A stretch of DNA of 64,000 bases from Abditibacteriaceae bacterium (GTDB lineage Bacteria; Armatimonadota; Abditibacteriia; Abditibacteriales; Abditibacteriaceae): positions 1-64,000 of the forward strand of contig JANPJS010000070.1 of the NCBI GenBank assembly GCA_031425655.1, read 5' to 3'. The position numbers were made by a program, and so were the translations under genes. Every line of letters begins with the position of its first letter. Position 1 is the stretch's first letter. Below are positions 47,566 to 58,500 of this stretch, piece after piece. The notes below the pieces were generated by a model. The model was not told where the DNA came from. It did not search any database and saw nothing but the letters and a program-made list of their open reading frames with translations.

Positions 47566-48981
47566 ATGAGATTCGTGGATTTGTTCGCTGGACTGGGTGG
47601 ATTTCACTTGGCTCTCGGACGCTTAGGTCACGAATGCGTCTTCGCCTGTGAGTTGGACGAGGGCCTACAAAGGCTATACTGTAATAATTTTGGCCTGAGC
47701 GAAGAACAGGTCAAGGGTGACATTCGAGATGTTGAAGCAGGAACAGTGCCACGTCACGACATCCTATGTGCTGGATTTCCGTGTCAACCCTACTCGAAAG
47801 CCGGAAACCGACAAGGCCCTCGCTGCCCTCGTTGGGGGGATTTGTTCCAAGAAGTGCTGCGGGTCATTCGTCACCATCAGCCCCACTATGTGATTTTAGA
47901 GAATGTTGCCAATCTTCAAGGACACGATAACGGGCAAACTTGGGCGCTGATGAAACAGCAGCTTGAGGAAGCGTTTCAGCCGCTCGATAGAGGCCGTTAC
48001 CAAGTGGAAACTCTGCGCTTATCGCCCCACCGCTTCGGTATTCCCCAAGTGCGCGACCGCTTTTTGATTGTCGCATCGCGTGAGCCGATTCCTCACTTTC
48101 ATACACAATTCGAACGGATGACAGCAGAGCATCAGGGTCGAGTGCCCAGCGTGCGTGATGTCTTGGAAACTGACCCAGTCGATGCAAAACCTATCTCGGA
48201 GCAGCGCAGACGCTGTATAGAGTTGTGGCAGGAGATGTTGGAACTCTTGCCGGGTGTCCACATTCCCTCGCCTCTCTGGGGAATGGAGTTCGACGCAACA
48301 TACCCTTACGCAGAGGCAACGCCGCACTCTCTTTCTCTTGATGAACTGAGTTCTTACAACGGGAGTCACGGGCGAGCGCTGCAGGGCATGACAAGCAAGG
48401 AAGAATTACTCAACGCACTGCCGTCACACGCGCGCACTGAGCAGGATAAGTTTCCATCTTGGAAGGTCGGGTATATTCGTGATAGCCGAGAGTTTTATGC
48501 GGAGCATCGGGAGGTGCTGGAACCTTGGCGCGAAAGGTTGTTAGAGTTTCCATCCAGCCTGCAAAAACTGGAATGGAATGTTGGCGACGGCGAGAGGAAC
48601 ATCTGGAATTATATTATTCAGTTCCGTGCGTCTGGGGTGCGCGTAAAGAGGCCGACCACAGCCCCGTCGCTCATTGCTATGACGACGACGCAGGTGCCCA
48701 TCATTGGTTGGGAGAGACGATATATGACAACAACCGAGTGTGCCCGTCTACAAAGCATGGAAGAACTGTGCAATCTTCCTTCGGCTACGACTAACGCTTA
48801 CAAGGCATTGGGCAACGCAGTGAATGTGGACTTAGTAGAGTGGGTCGCACAGGCGCTCTTTCGTGGTCACGAGCCACTTGTTTACCCCGAAACTGACTGT
48901 AGAGACACATGCCCTCTTCCCTTTGACAATGATATGGCTGCGCTTCTTCCTACGGCGCAATGTGAATTCGTGCCGGCTTGA
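47566..48981 (+). CDS. dcm: DNA (cytosine-5)-methyltransferase
   Basis: DLFAGLGG, AGFPCQ, LENV, PQVRDR, ECARLQ and ALGNAV motifs. Confidence 0.95.
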   Translation: MRFVDLFAGLGGFHLALGRLGHECVFACELDEGLQRLYCNNFGLSEEQVKGDIRDVEAGTVPRHDILCAGFPCQPYSKAGNRQGPRCPRWGDLFQEVLRVIRHHQPHYVILENVANLQGHDNGQTWALMKQQLEEAFQPLDRGRYQVETLRLSPHRFGIPQVRDRFLIVASREPIPHFHTQFERMTAEHQGRVPSVRDVLETDPVDAKPISEQRRRCIELWQEMLELLPGVHIPSPLWGMEFDATYPYAEATPHSLSLDELSSYNGSHGRALQGMTSKEELLNALPSHARTEQDKFPSWKVGYIRDSREFYAEHREVLEPWRERLLEFPSSLQKLEWNVGDGERNIWNYIIQFRASGVRVKRPTTAPSLIAMTTTQVPIIGWERRYMTTTECARLQSMEELCNLPSATTNAYKALGNAVNVDLVEWVAQALFRGHEPLVYPETDCRDTCPLPFDNDMAALLPTAQCEFVPA

Positions 48982-50621
48982 GTATTCAGAATCGCAGTGT
49001 CATGCCTATTCCCGAATCCTCTGCTCCAGATTCATCAGACTCACCTTCAGTAGAGAGCGTCAACATTCGGCCTGGTGTAAGCATCTTGTCGGTGTTGCGT
49101 CACCTTAACTATCGCCCGTGGTTTGCGATGGCAGAGTTCGTTGACAATTCACTGCAAAGTTTTCTGTCTCGGCGCCAAGAGTTACAGGCGGTTGAGGGAG
49201 ATAATTTCAAGTTGTGCGTGAGCATCGACCTAAACACATTAGAAGGTGGGCGTCTCACGGTGCGCGACAACGCAGCGGGCATCCAGACTCAAGATTATGG
49301 CCGTGCCTTTCGACCCGCCGCGGTGCCGACTGACCGCAGTGGCTTATCCGAGTTCGGTATGGGAATGAAGAGCGCTGCCTGCTGGTTCGCGCCGCGCTGG
49401 ATGGTGCGAACGTCGGCGCTGGGCGAAGCGACGGAGAAAAGTGTCGCCTTCGATATTGGCACCATTGTGCATGACAACTTGGAAGAGTTACAAGTGCGCG
49501 TGACGGCTGCGCCTGTCGAGCGGCACTTTACTGAGGTCGTGCTGCGTGACCTGCATAAAGTGCCACAAGGTCGCACAGTCGGCAAGATGAAGGAGCACTT
49601 GGCGAGCATTTACCGGGTTTATCTGCGTGATGGCCTACTGGAGCTACGCTTTGATGGTGAGGAATTGCGCTTCGACGAGTCGCGTATCTTGAGCGCTCCG
49701 CCCTTCAAAACTCCTGATGCCGCGTCGGTGTTGTGGCGTAAAGAGGTGGAGTTCGACTTCGGACAAGGCTTGAGCGCACACGGATTTGCAGCCTTGCGCG
49801 AAACTGGTAGCGTATCAACAGCGGGCTTTGCGCTGTTCCGCCGCAACCGTCTCATTGAGGGTAGTGGCGACGAGAGTTACCGGCCAGAAGTCATCTTCGG
49901 CAAATCGAACTCTTATGTGTATCAGCGGCTTTTTGGCGAGTTGCACTTGGAAGGCTTCGCAGTGTCGCACACCAAGGATGGCTTTCGATGGGACGAAAAC
50001 GAAGACACATTTTTGCAGTTGCTCAAAGAGCATCTGGACGAAGCACCGCTGCGCTTATTGCAGCAAGCCGATGGATACCGCGCTCGCCTCCGTGCAAGTG
50101 AGGTTCGACCCGCCGCTGAGGCCGCCATACAAAGCACCGCTGAGACCATCGAGCGCGAAGTGCCGCAAGTGTTAAGCGGACAAATTGAGACCACACCGGA
50201 AAGCTGCCCCCCGCCATTGGAGTTACCGCTTGCACTACCACAAACACTTGCCTCGCGCCGCGAAATCAGTGTGGACTTGGACGGCAAGCCGTGGCGTATC
50301 GTGCTGGAATTGACGACTGACCCATCGGTAGGCGACTGGGTAGAGTTGTGCGAACGCGTGGCAACGCCACAAGAGGAGAGCGAGCAAGCAACGCTTTTGG
50401 CAAATCCCAACGAGCGGCGCGTTGGTCTACGGCTATCGCTGACGCATCCGTTCATGGAGCGTTTCTGTGGCACAAGTGCGGCGCAAATCGAGCCGCTCCT
50501 GCGGGTTGCGGCGGCACTGTGCTTGGCTGAAGTCGCGGCGCGCGAAAGCGGCGTGCGTTATGCCGGGACTATCCGCCATAACGTGAATGAGTTGCTACGC
50601 GATGCTTTGTCTAAACCTTAG
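48978..50621 (+). CDS. GHKL (MORC/Hsp90-like) ATPase
   Basis: AEFVDNS, DNAAGI and GLSEFGMGMKSA motifs. Confidence 0.88.
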   Translation: MSIQNRSVMPIPESSAPDSSDSPSVESVNIRPGVSILSVLRHLNYRPWFAMAEFVDNSLQSFLSRRQELQAVEGDNFKLCVSIDLNTLEGGRLTVRDNAAGIQTQDYGRAFRPAAVPTDRSGLSEFGMGMKSAACWFAPRWMVRTSALGEATEKSVAFDIGTIVHDNLEELQVRVTAAPVERHFTEVVLRDLHKVPQGRTVGKMKEHLASIYRVYLRDGLLELRFDGEELRFDESRILSAPPFKTPDAASVLWRKEVEFDFGQGLSAHGFAALRETGSVSTAGFALFRRNRLIEGSGDESYRPEVIFGKSNSYVYQRLFGELHLEGFAVSHTKDGFRWDENEDTFLQLLKEHLDEAPLRLLQQADGYRARLRASEVRPAAEAAIQSTAETIEREVPQVLSGQIETTPESCPPPLELPLALPQTLASRREISVDLDGKPWRIVLELTTDPSVGDWVELCERVATPQEESEQATLLANPNERRVGLRLSLTHPFMERFCGTSAAQIEPLLRVAAALCLAEVAARESGVRYAGTIRHNVNELLRDALSKP

Positions 50622-50633
50622 GAAGAAAACAAG

Positions 50634-52916
50634 ATGTCAAACATCGCAAGCATTGGAACGAGCGGCCCTGAAATCGTGGAGATGGTGACGCCGCCAGCAC
50701 CACAGGGCGCGCTGTGGGCGCCGGTCGCTGGCGAAGAAGTCACCAATCTGCTGCAAATCCTGCCTGACGACAGCCGGGCGCGGGTGCGCGACGAAGCTGC
50801 TGACACGCTTTCTCGCTGCGTGCCAACTGCACAGGCGAGCGGATCACGCACAGGGCTGGTCATCGGCTACGTGCAAAGCGGCAAAACAATGTCATTCACT
50901 ACGTTGACGGCTATGGCATGCGACAACGGTATTCCCATCGTGATTGTCGTCGCCGGCACCTCGGTTCCGTTGTCCACACAATCGGAAGCCCGACTCCTAC
51001 GTGACCTACGCCTTGAGTCTCGCTCCGACCGCAAATGGATTCACTTCCACAATCCGCGCACCACGCGCCGCCGACAAATTGCCGACATTCTGGCCGACTG
51101 GCGCGATCAAAGTGTGCCGCCCGCCGAGCGGCAAACCGTGTTAATCACTGTCATGAAGCAGCATACGCATCTGCGCCCTCTGCGCAACCTGCTCGGTGCT
51201 TTGGAGCTGAATGGCTTACCTGCTTTGGTGGTAGACGATGAGGCCGACCAGGCAAGCCTGAACACCGAAGTTAACGCTGGTGGGCAAAGCACGACCTACG
51301 GCCTGCTGCTCGACTTGCGCGGGGCGTTGCCACAGCACACCTTTTTGCAATACACCGCGACGCCGCAGGCGCCGCTGCTCATCAACATCATCGATACGCT
51401 TTCACCCGACTTCGCACAGGTGCTAACGCCTGGCGACGATTATGTTGGGGGCCGAGACTTCTTTCTGCTGCACCCGGAACTGGTGCGCGTCATTTCACCC
51501 AGAGAGATTCCCAGCCCCAACAATCCTCTACAAGAAACACCGGAGTCTCTGTTGGAGGCCATGCGCTTTTATTTTCTGGGTGTGGCCTCCGCATACGCGC
51601 AAGGCAGTGCTCAGGGAAATCGCTCGATGTTGGTTCATCCCTCGCAGCGCACCTTGATGCATGGGCGCTATCACGAGCGCGTGCAAGCGACTAAGGATTT
51701 GTGGCACGCACTTCTGTCGCGCGCAGAAAACGACCCTGACCGGCAAGAGTTGGTCGAGGACTTCCGCCCCGCCTATGACGAGTTACGCGTGACTGTGCCC
51801 GACTTGCCGGAGTTTTCATCGCTGATGGGGCAGATGGCTCGTGCCATTCGCCGCACGCAAGTCGAGGAAATTAACGCGCGGCAAGGCCGAACGACCGAAA
51901 TCGTGTGGCGAAACTCTTACTCGTGGATTCTGGTCGGCGGACAAGCAATGGACAGAGGCTTCACCATTGAAGGCTTGACAGTAACGTATATGCCGCGTGG
52001 CGCAGGCGTAGGCAACGCCGACACCATTCAACAGCGGGCGCGGTTTTTCGGCTATAAGCGCCCGTATCTGGGCTACTGCCGCGTGTATCTGGAAAGCGCG
52101 GTGAGGGACGCCTACCGGCACTACGTTGAGCACGAAGAAAACATCCGAGACCAGATGCAGCGCTGGGGCGAGTTAGGCCGCCCTCTGTCCGAGTGGCGGC
52201 GCGCCTTCTTTCTGGACAGGCGCCTCAAGCCCACACGCGACAGCGTGCTCGACCTCGACTATATCCAAGGCTCGTTCAGCACTGACTGGTTCACGCCGCG
52301 CTCCCCACACGATGATGAGGAAGTGACGGCTCAAAACCGCGCTACTGTCGCGGCGTTTCTGAGCAGGTTAACTCTCCATCCTGATGAAGGACATCCCGAC
52401 CGCACCGAATCGCAGCGCCATCTGATTGCCCGCGATGTTTCGCTGCAAGACGCTTATACGGAATTGCTAACTCAGTTTCGCTTGCAGCGCTCCAGCGACT
52501 TGAACCGTCTACTCGGTTTATGTTTGCAAGTTGAGCGCTATCTCGACAGCCATCCAGATGCGCGATGCACGGTCGTGCATATAAACGGCGGCGCGATGCG
52601 CGAGCGTGGGCTGAATGAAGAAGGTGAAGTCGCGCAACTCTTTCAAGGCGCGGCTCCCGTCGAGCCACGCAACCGGCGCGGTGAGGTGTATCCCGGCGAC
52701 CGTGATATTCGCGCGCCACATGGCGTCACTATTCAAATCCATACTCTGCGTCTAAGGCAGAATGGGACGAACATCGCTGACAGTGTGCCAACTATCGGTG
52801 TCTTCGCGTCCGAGGCGCTGGAGCGCGGTTGGCTGGTGCAGCGCGAAAGCAGTGCCGCCGTTGCCAACGCTCCACAAGATAGCTCCACAAATAGCCCGGT
52901 GGCAGGCGGCGTATAG
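50634..52916 (+). CDS. Z1-domain SF2 helicase-like protein
   Basis: GYVQSGKT, DDEADQAS, YTATPQA, GGQAMDRGFTIEGL and DTIQQRARFFGY motifs. Confidence 0.9.
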   Translation: MSNIASIGTSGPEIVEMVTPPAPQGALWAPVAGEEVTNLLQILPDDSRARVRDEAADTLSRCVPTAQASGSRTGLVIGYVQSGKTMSFTTLTAMACDNGIPIVIVVAGTSVPLSTQSEARLLRDLRLESRSDRKWIHFHNPRTTRRRQIADILADWRDQSVPPAERQTVLITVMKQHTHLRPLRNLLGALELNGLPALVVDDEADQASLNTEVNAGGQSTTYGLLLDLRGALPQHTFLQYTATPQAPLLINIIDTLSPDFAQVLTPGDDYVGGRDFFLLHPELVRVISPREIPSPNNPLQETPESLLEAMRFYFLGVASAYAQGSAQGNRSMLVHPSQRTLMHGRYHERVQATKDLWHALLSRAENDPDRQELVEDFRPAYDELRVTVPDLPEFSSLMGQMARAIRRTQVEEINARQGRTTEIVWRNSYSWILVGGQAMDRGFTIEGLTVTYMPRGAGVGNADTIQQRARFFGYKRPYLGYCRVYLESAVRDAYRHYVEHEENIRDQMQRWGELGRPLSEWRRAFFLDRRLKPTRDSVLDLDYIQGSFSTDWFTPRSPHDDEEVTAQNRATVAAFLSRLTLHPDEGHPDRTESQRHLIARDVSLQDAYTELLTQFRLQRSSDLNRLLGLCLQVERYLDSHPDARCTVVHINGGAMRERGLNEEGEVAQLFQGAAPVEPRNRRGEVYPGDRDIRAPHGVTIQIHTLRLRQNGTNIADSVPTIGVFASEALERGWLVQRESSAAVANAPQDSSTNSPVAGGV

Positions 52917-53908
52917 TGACTGATCTCCATGCCCTGTTCGAGACGTTGGCTCCGTCACAAGTCCGCCAAAGCCAGGATGCCACGCGCGCCACGATGGTGG
53001 CGCGGCCCATCCCCAGTTTCGCTCGGCACCGATTGGCGCGGGCGGTTGATGGCTCGCCTGTCCTGCTCTTGTCGGTAGCCGACGTGGGTGAGCGTGGGCG
53101 GCCTGTCTCTATTGAGTTGGAGCATTTAAGCGTGCAGCACGACGTGACGTGTCGCCTTTTTGCGCCGGGCGGCACTGTCGAAGAAGACCGGTTTACCGTG
53201 ATTCGCTGCTCGGACGCGGACCGCGTGTTGCGCGCCTACTTCCTGCGCATAATTGGGACGGTGCTGCTGCTGCTCAGCCCCCATCCAACGCGGGATGAAG
53301 TCGCACGCGCGGTAGACAGCCTTATCGAGTTGTTTCGCGCGATGTCGCAGCCGCCGCGTAAGTCAGTGCAGGGTGTATGGGCCGAACTGCTGGTCATCGC
53401 ACGCTCATGCGACATAGCCTCAATGGTGCGTGCTTGGCACGCTTTGCCCGAAGACCGCTACGACTTCAACGCGGGTAGCGAGCGCCTCGAAGTTAAAAGC
53501 ACGTCTGGTCGCATTCGCCGGCACCATTTTTCGTTGGAGCAGTTGCAGCCGCCCGAAGATACTCGCCTGCTCATCGTCTCGCTGTTCACGGAGCGCGCTG
53601 GTGCGGGCACATCACTGCGCGAGTTGACTGATGAGGTGCGAGCACGACTAAGCGACGCTGAGTTGCTGCTGAAAATCGAGCGTGTGATGGCTCAAACGCT
53701 CGGAGAAGGATTGCGCGTTGCGATGGAAACTCGCTTCGACCGGCAATTGGCCGAGCGCTCGGTGGCTTTCTATGCACCGTCTGAGGTGCCATCCGTTGAC
53801 CCGTCCTTACCACCGGGCGTGGGCGAGGTGCGCTTCTTGGCAGATTTATCGAGTGCAGTGCCAACAGATGCGGCCCAGCGAAGCGGTGGGCTGTTCGACG
53901 CACTTTGA
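52916..53908 (+). CDS. PD-(D/E)XK protein, DUF4420-like
   Basis: QGVWAEL, W....DRYDF, LEVKST and SLEQL motifs; coupled to the Z1 gene. Confidence 0.85.
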   Translation: MTDLHALFETLAPSQVRQSQDATRATMVARPIPSFARHRLARAVDGSPVLLLSVADVGERGRPVSIELEHLSVQHDVTCRLFAPGGTVEEDRFTVIRCSDADRVLRAYFLRIIGTVLLLLSPHPTRDEVARAVDSLIELFRAMSQPPRKSVQGVWAELLVIARSCDIASMVRAWHALPEDRYDFNAGSERLEVKSTSGRIRRHHFSLEQLQPPEDTRLLIVSLFTERAGAGTSLRELTDEVRARLSDAELLLKIERVMAQTLGEGLRVAMETRFDRQLAERSVAFYAPSEVPSVDPSLPPGVGEVRFLADLSSAVPTDAAQRSGGLFDAL

Positions 53909-53954
53909 AGCAAGCCAATGGGAAGCGGTTCTCGCATCAGTGAGTAGGGCACAT

Positions 53955-55025
53955 ATGACTTGGCAAGAATATCAAGAAGCCGTTGGCAAGCTATACGAGC
54001 AGATGGAAGGCATTGGAACAGTTCGTAAGAACATTACCTTGCCTGACAAGATGACTGGTCAGCCTCGTCAGATTGACACATGGGTTGAGATTGAGAGCAA
54101 GGGACACAAACTCGGCATTTTGGTTGACGCGAAGTTCCGCAAAGAGAAAGTAGATGTGAAGGACGTTGAAGAAGTGCTGGCGCTGGCAGAGGCTGTCGGC
54201 GCAAACAAGAGCGCTCTGGTCGCTTTGAGTGGCTGGACAGAGCCAGCCGCAACAAAAGCTAACTTTGTGGGTTTAGACCTCAAGTTGCTGACGCTGGAAG
54301 AAGCGTTGGATTCGCTTGTTCCAGAAAAGTGGATGATGTGTTCCGCTTGCAACGAGGAATGCATTGTTGCTGATTCAGGCGGGATAATTGTCGATGGGAT
54401 GTGGTCGCTACTGGTCGCGGGCCAGTGTCGGGGCTGCAAATCAGCGCTCGTTTGGTGCATGGCTTGTGGAGATAACGTCATCGTTGCCCCAGAAGCCGAC
54501 TATGACTGCGGGTGTGGTCACACTTGGCGCAACGTTGCTGATGGTGTGTCAGTCAAGCAAAGCGGCACCGATAATTGGATAGCTATGTCCGATGGTTACG
54601 GTAGCATTGAAGCGTTCTTCATAGATATTCCCGAACCGGATGATCCATCTTCGGACGATGCAGGCTTCTATATTCGCCGAGGTATTGCTTTTCGTAATCA
54701 GAGCCGAGGCGATGAGGCTGTTGAAAGTTTCAATAAGGCCATCGCGTTAGACTCCGTATCCGCTCTGGGCTACTACCATCGAGCTTACACCTACGATATG
54801 GCTGACCTCCCAGAGCAGGCAATTCAAGACTACAGCAAAGCCATTGAGTTAGATTCTGGTCTGGCGATGGCTTTTGGGTCTCGTGGCTTTGTCTACTATT
54901 CTCAGGAGCGCTACCGCGAAGCGGCTGCGGATTTTAAGCACTTCCTCAGGCTGATGCCGGACTCACCCAATAACCAGGCCATACGCACTGCAATCATTCA
55001 TGCCGAGCTTGAGATTGCAGAGTAG
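53955..55025 (+). CDS. Mrr-like restriction endonuclease fused to a Zn ribbon and C-terminal TPRs
   Basis: WQEYQ, RQID, VDAK, SGWT..A; several CxxC pairs; TPR-like YSKAIELD repeats. Confidence 0.75.
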   Translation: MTWQEYQEAVGKLYEQMEGIGTVRKNITLPDKMTGQPRQIDTWVEIESKGHKLGILVDAKFRKEKVDVKDVEEVLALAEAVGANKSALVALSGWTEPAATKANFVGLDLKLLTLEEALDSLVPEKWMMCSACNEECIVADSGGIIVDGMWSLLVAGQCRGCKSALVWCMACGDNVIVAPEADYDCGCGHTWRNVADGVSVKQSGTDNWIAMSDGYGSIEAFFIDIPEPDDPSSDDAGFYIRRGIAFRNQSRGDEAVESFNKAIALDSVSALGYYHRAYTYDMADLPEQAIQDYSKAIELDSGLAMAFGSRGFVYYSQERYREAAADFKHFLRLMPDSPNNQAIRTAIIHAELEIAE

Positions 55026-55057
55026 CAGAATTGAGATGAGCATTTTTTGGATACAGG

Positions 55058-55522
55058 CTACCGCTTCGACTCGATTTTCACGCCGAACTGGTCCAAAAAG
55101 GTCAAATCAAGTTGCCAATGGTGTTTGCTACGCTCTCGCCAGCGCGCTGCCACGTCTCGCAGATAATCTCGCGTCTGCTCTGGCGTCCATCCGTTGATTT
55201 TGGCGAGATGCTCGCGGGCCTCGCGGCCCCTGCCTCGAATATTCGCCAAGCCTATGTGCTTGATCTCATGGCAGTTGGGACATAACGCGACCAAGCCAAT
55301 CAAAGTTTGAATGTGGGCTTGGTCGTCGTATTCAAAAATCTCGTGGCATTCGACCGGCCAGCGTGAGCCGCGCCCGCCACAGACTTCGCACCGATGCCCC
55401 GCTTTACGGTAGGCTTGCGAGCGAAGTGCATCCCATGTGTTTTTATCCACATGGTCGCGCACGTTAGAAAACCAACAGGTCTTCGGCACCAACTCGACGG
55501 ACAGCTTGACAGAGATGGACAT
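55058..55522 (-). CDS. HNH endonuclease
   Basis: CEVCG, ECHE and LCPNCHEIKH motifs. Confidence 0.85.
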   Translation of the reverse strand: MSISVKLSVELVPKTCWFSNVRDHVDKNTWDALRSQAYRKAGHRCEVCGGRGSRWPVECHEIFEYDDQAHIQTLIGLVALCPNCHEIKHIGLANIRGRGREAREHLAKINGWTPEQTRDYLRDVAARWRERSKHHWQLDLTFLDQFGVKIESKR

Positions 55523-58500
55523 CAGAGGCTTTCTTCAATGGCCTCCTCAATCCCTTCGAGTGCTGGTGCCATGACGTGAACTGTGTGTCCATTAATCTGT
55601 TCGTGCGCGACTTGACGCGAGCAGAGGGCGCGTAGCGATTTCCACAGCATCGCAGCTTCGTAGTGCTCCAACTCAACCGGAATGTGGCCGAGCAGGGACT
55701 CAGAACAGACGACGATCAGGCGTTCTTTCGCACGTGAAAAGGCGACGTTCGAGCGGTTCAGGTCGAGGATGAAGGAAGCGTTGGTGTCGATTGCTGTTGG
55801 CTCGCTGGCCGTCGCCGACACGATGACTACAGGCCGCTCACCACCTTGTAGCCGCTCCACAGTATCAATTACACCGACTGGCCCGTTCGGGGTCAGGTGC
55901 GGCTGCAACTCACGGCGTAGCAAGGCACGTTGGGCGCGGTGTGGAGTGACAACTGCGACCGAATCATCGCTTAGACCGGGGTTAGCGGCGAGAATGCGCC
56001 GGATAATCTCGACTTCGAGCGCGTTGCTCTGTCGTGAGGCACGCTCCGAGTGCAGCACCAGATAAAGACCCGTTTCTCCGTCCCACACACCCTGCCAGCC
56101 TGTGTTCGCGCCGCCGTGCGAGGCGCCACAAGGCCCCGTCAGAGTAATATCGTCGCGGCTATAAAGGCGCGTCAGAAGATCGCGAATGAGCGGCGGCAGG
56201 CGGAACGAGTAGCTTAGCGTTGAGCGCCGTGTCGTGTGGGGCGAGGGGTTTGACGATTCGGCGATGCGGCGCACCGCTTCATAAGCGCTCACAAAAGGTT
56301 GATACAAAGCAGAAGGTGGGCGGTCTTCGTTTTCCCAATCGTGCGCGACGATAGGCGAAAGCTGCCGGTGGTCGCCTGCCAGCATAAGAGAGCCGTCCAT
56401 CTGCACCAGCGTGGCGAGAGCGAGAAAGTGCGGGAACACCATCATGCTCGCTTCATCCACGATGAGTACCGGCGTCTGGAACCCGTCTGGCAACAGCCTG
56501 AACTTTTTGTATTTGTTCAGCCTATCGGCCAGTTTCAACAGCGCGCTTGTGGTGCCGCCGACAATCAGCACGCTATCGCCGCACTCTTCGAGGAAGGCTT
56601 TGGCCTCGTCCACACCGAAGTCGCTAAAACTGTCGCTGCTCGGCTCACCTGCTTCGCCCGACACCACTTTGCTCAGCACCAGCGACGGCAGCCTGTAGCC
56701 TTCGCCCTCAATGTGTGAGCGGAAGTTGTCCACCAGAAACCCGATGCGCTCCAACAGCGTATCCACGGCGGTGTGTGTCGGCGCGCCGACCAGAACCACA
56801 GAGCCTTCTTCTAAGCGCGTCATCACTCGTAGCAGGACGGCCAACGCGGTAGTTTGTGTCTTGCCAGTTCCAGGCGGGCCTTGTAGAAGTTGCACGCGCG
56901 TTTCCAACCCATCCAGAGCCGCCGCGATTTGGTCGGCGTCGGCGTGGCCCCCTGGCAGAGGCAGTGAAGCGAGTAGGTTCTCGTATTGAACGCGCTCATC
57001 GGGAGCCAGCGCGTTGGCCTCCGGCATCTGTGGGTCGAGCGGGTCAAGCCAGTCATAGGCATAACTGCCCAGATTCGAGAGCAGACGTTTTTCGACTTTG
57101 GAGGCGACGAAGTCGGAGACGCTCTCATCCAGTGTGGCGAAATCGAAAAGCAAGCCCGGCTCATCGGGTGGAATACTGCCCAGCGTGTAGCGCGTCGCCC
57201 TACCTGGCACGATTTCCAGGCTGACCTCGCCGGTGTGCCAGTTGAGCGCAGTGACGCGCGCGGTCTTGCCTCCCCTGACTAACTGCTTGAAGGTCTGGCC
57301 ACGATGCGGGTCGTTGGCACGCGGGGACAGGCGCACGAATGAGTCGGGGCCGAGTGAGCAACGCGAGGACAATTCGTGCGCCGATACGCTTTGGCCAGCC
57401 ATGTCAAGCTGCGCCGTAAATGTGCCGTCATCGTGCATCTCTACGTCGCGCACCGGGACGGTTCGCCCGGAGGAGACACGCTGCGACAGGGGTGCGAGGT
57501 AGTCTGATACCCATTCCGCGACTTTGACGTGTTGGTCGAGGCGTAAGAAATCCACGCCGGCTTGCGCTGCATTATGCACACCCAAATCGAAATGCACCAA
57601 CTCGGCGATGTTGAGTGAGGGCTTGATAATGTCCTCACTCTTGAAGCGCACGCGCTCCTCAATCCAGCGCAGCGCGTGACAGCGCGCCGACAGATACGCC
57701 TTCAGAACGCCGGGGGCACTCGCTTCCTTATAGCGGCGGATGGCTCCGGCAGTGTGGGCGTCCATCTTCACCTTGTCGGGGTCAGGCAGTGTGCCCCAAT
57801 AGGCGCGCCAATATGGGGCGGTAAGGGCATCTTGGAAGCGAGCGCGAATCTCGAACTTGTGCTTAGGGTCGCCTTCCTTGGGCTTGGGGTTCCACTGGCC
57901 GTTGGGCAGAAGTTCCAAATCAGTTTTGAAGTCGAAGATGTCCTGCTGCATCACGCGGTCGAGGCGCACTTCAGCCCCAGCGACGCGGCGCGTCCAGTGG
58001 AACACTTGGCCGAACCAGCGCAGCGAGGTCGCCACAGCTAAGCCGCGCCCCGTCCAGCCGAGCGCGTAGCGGCGGTTCACCTCGTCGCCCAGCGAGGAGA
58101 AGATAAGTTGCTCCAAGCTCTCGCGGCAGCCGAGCAGCTCACGCAGATGTGAGAGCAGCCTTGAATCCACCCGCGCGCACGCTTCGACCAAGCGACGCAT
58201 TTCGTTGCGCGACCAGACGTAAAAGTGAATCGGCGCGCTTTCTGCCTCGGCGACCTCAGCTATGGCCTCAACCAATTCCATTAAGAACCCTTGCAGCAGT
58301 TCCTTTTCCGCTCCTGTGTCGAGTCGGTAATCGCCCGTCCAAGGCGAGGCGACAAGCCGCGCCACCTCTTTGCCTTGGAGCGCCTGCTCTTGAAAGATGG
58401 GCCTTCCGTCTGCCCCGATTTGCGGCTCGCCGTTATTATCGAGAACGGGCAGTGCCTCTTTGACTTTGGGGTCGGGATATGCCTTATCGTTGGAATCGCG

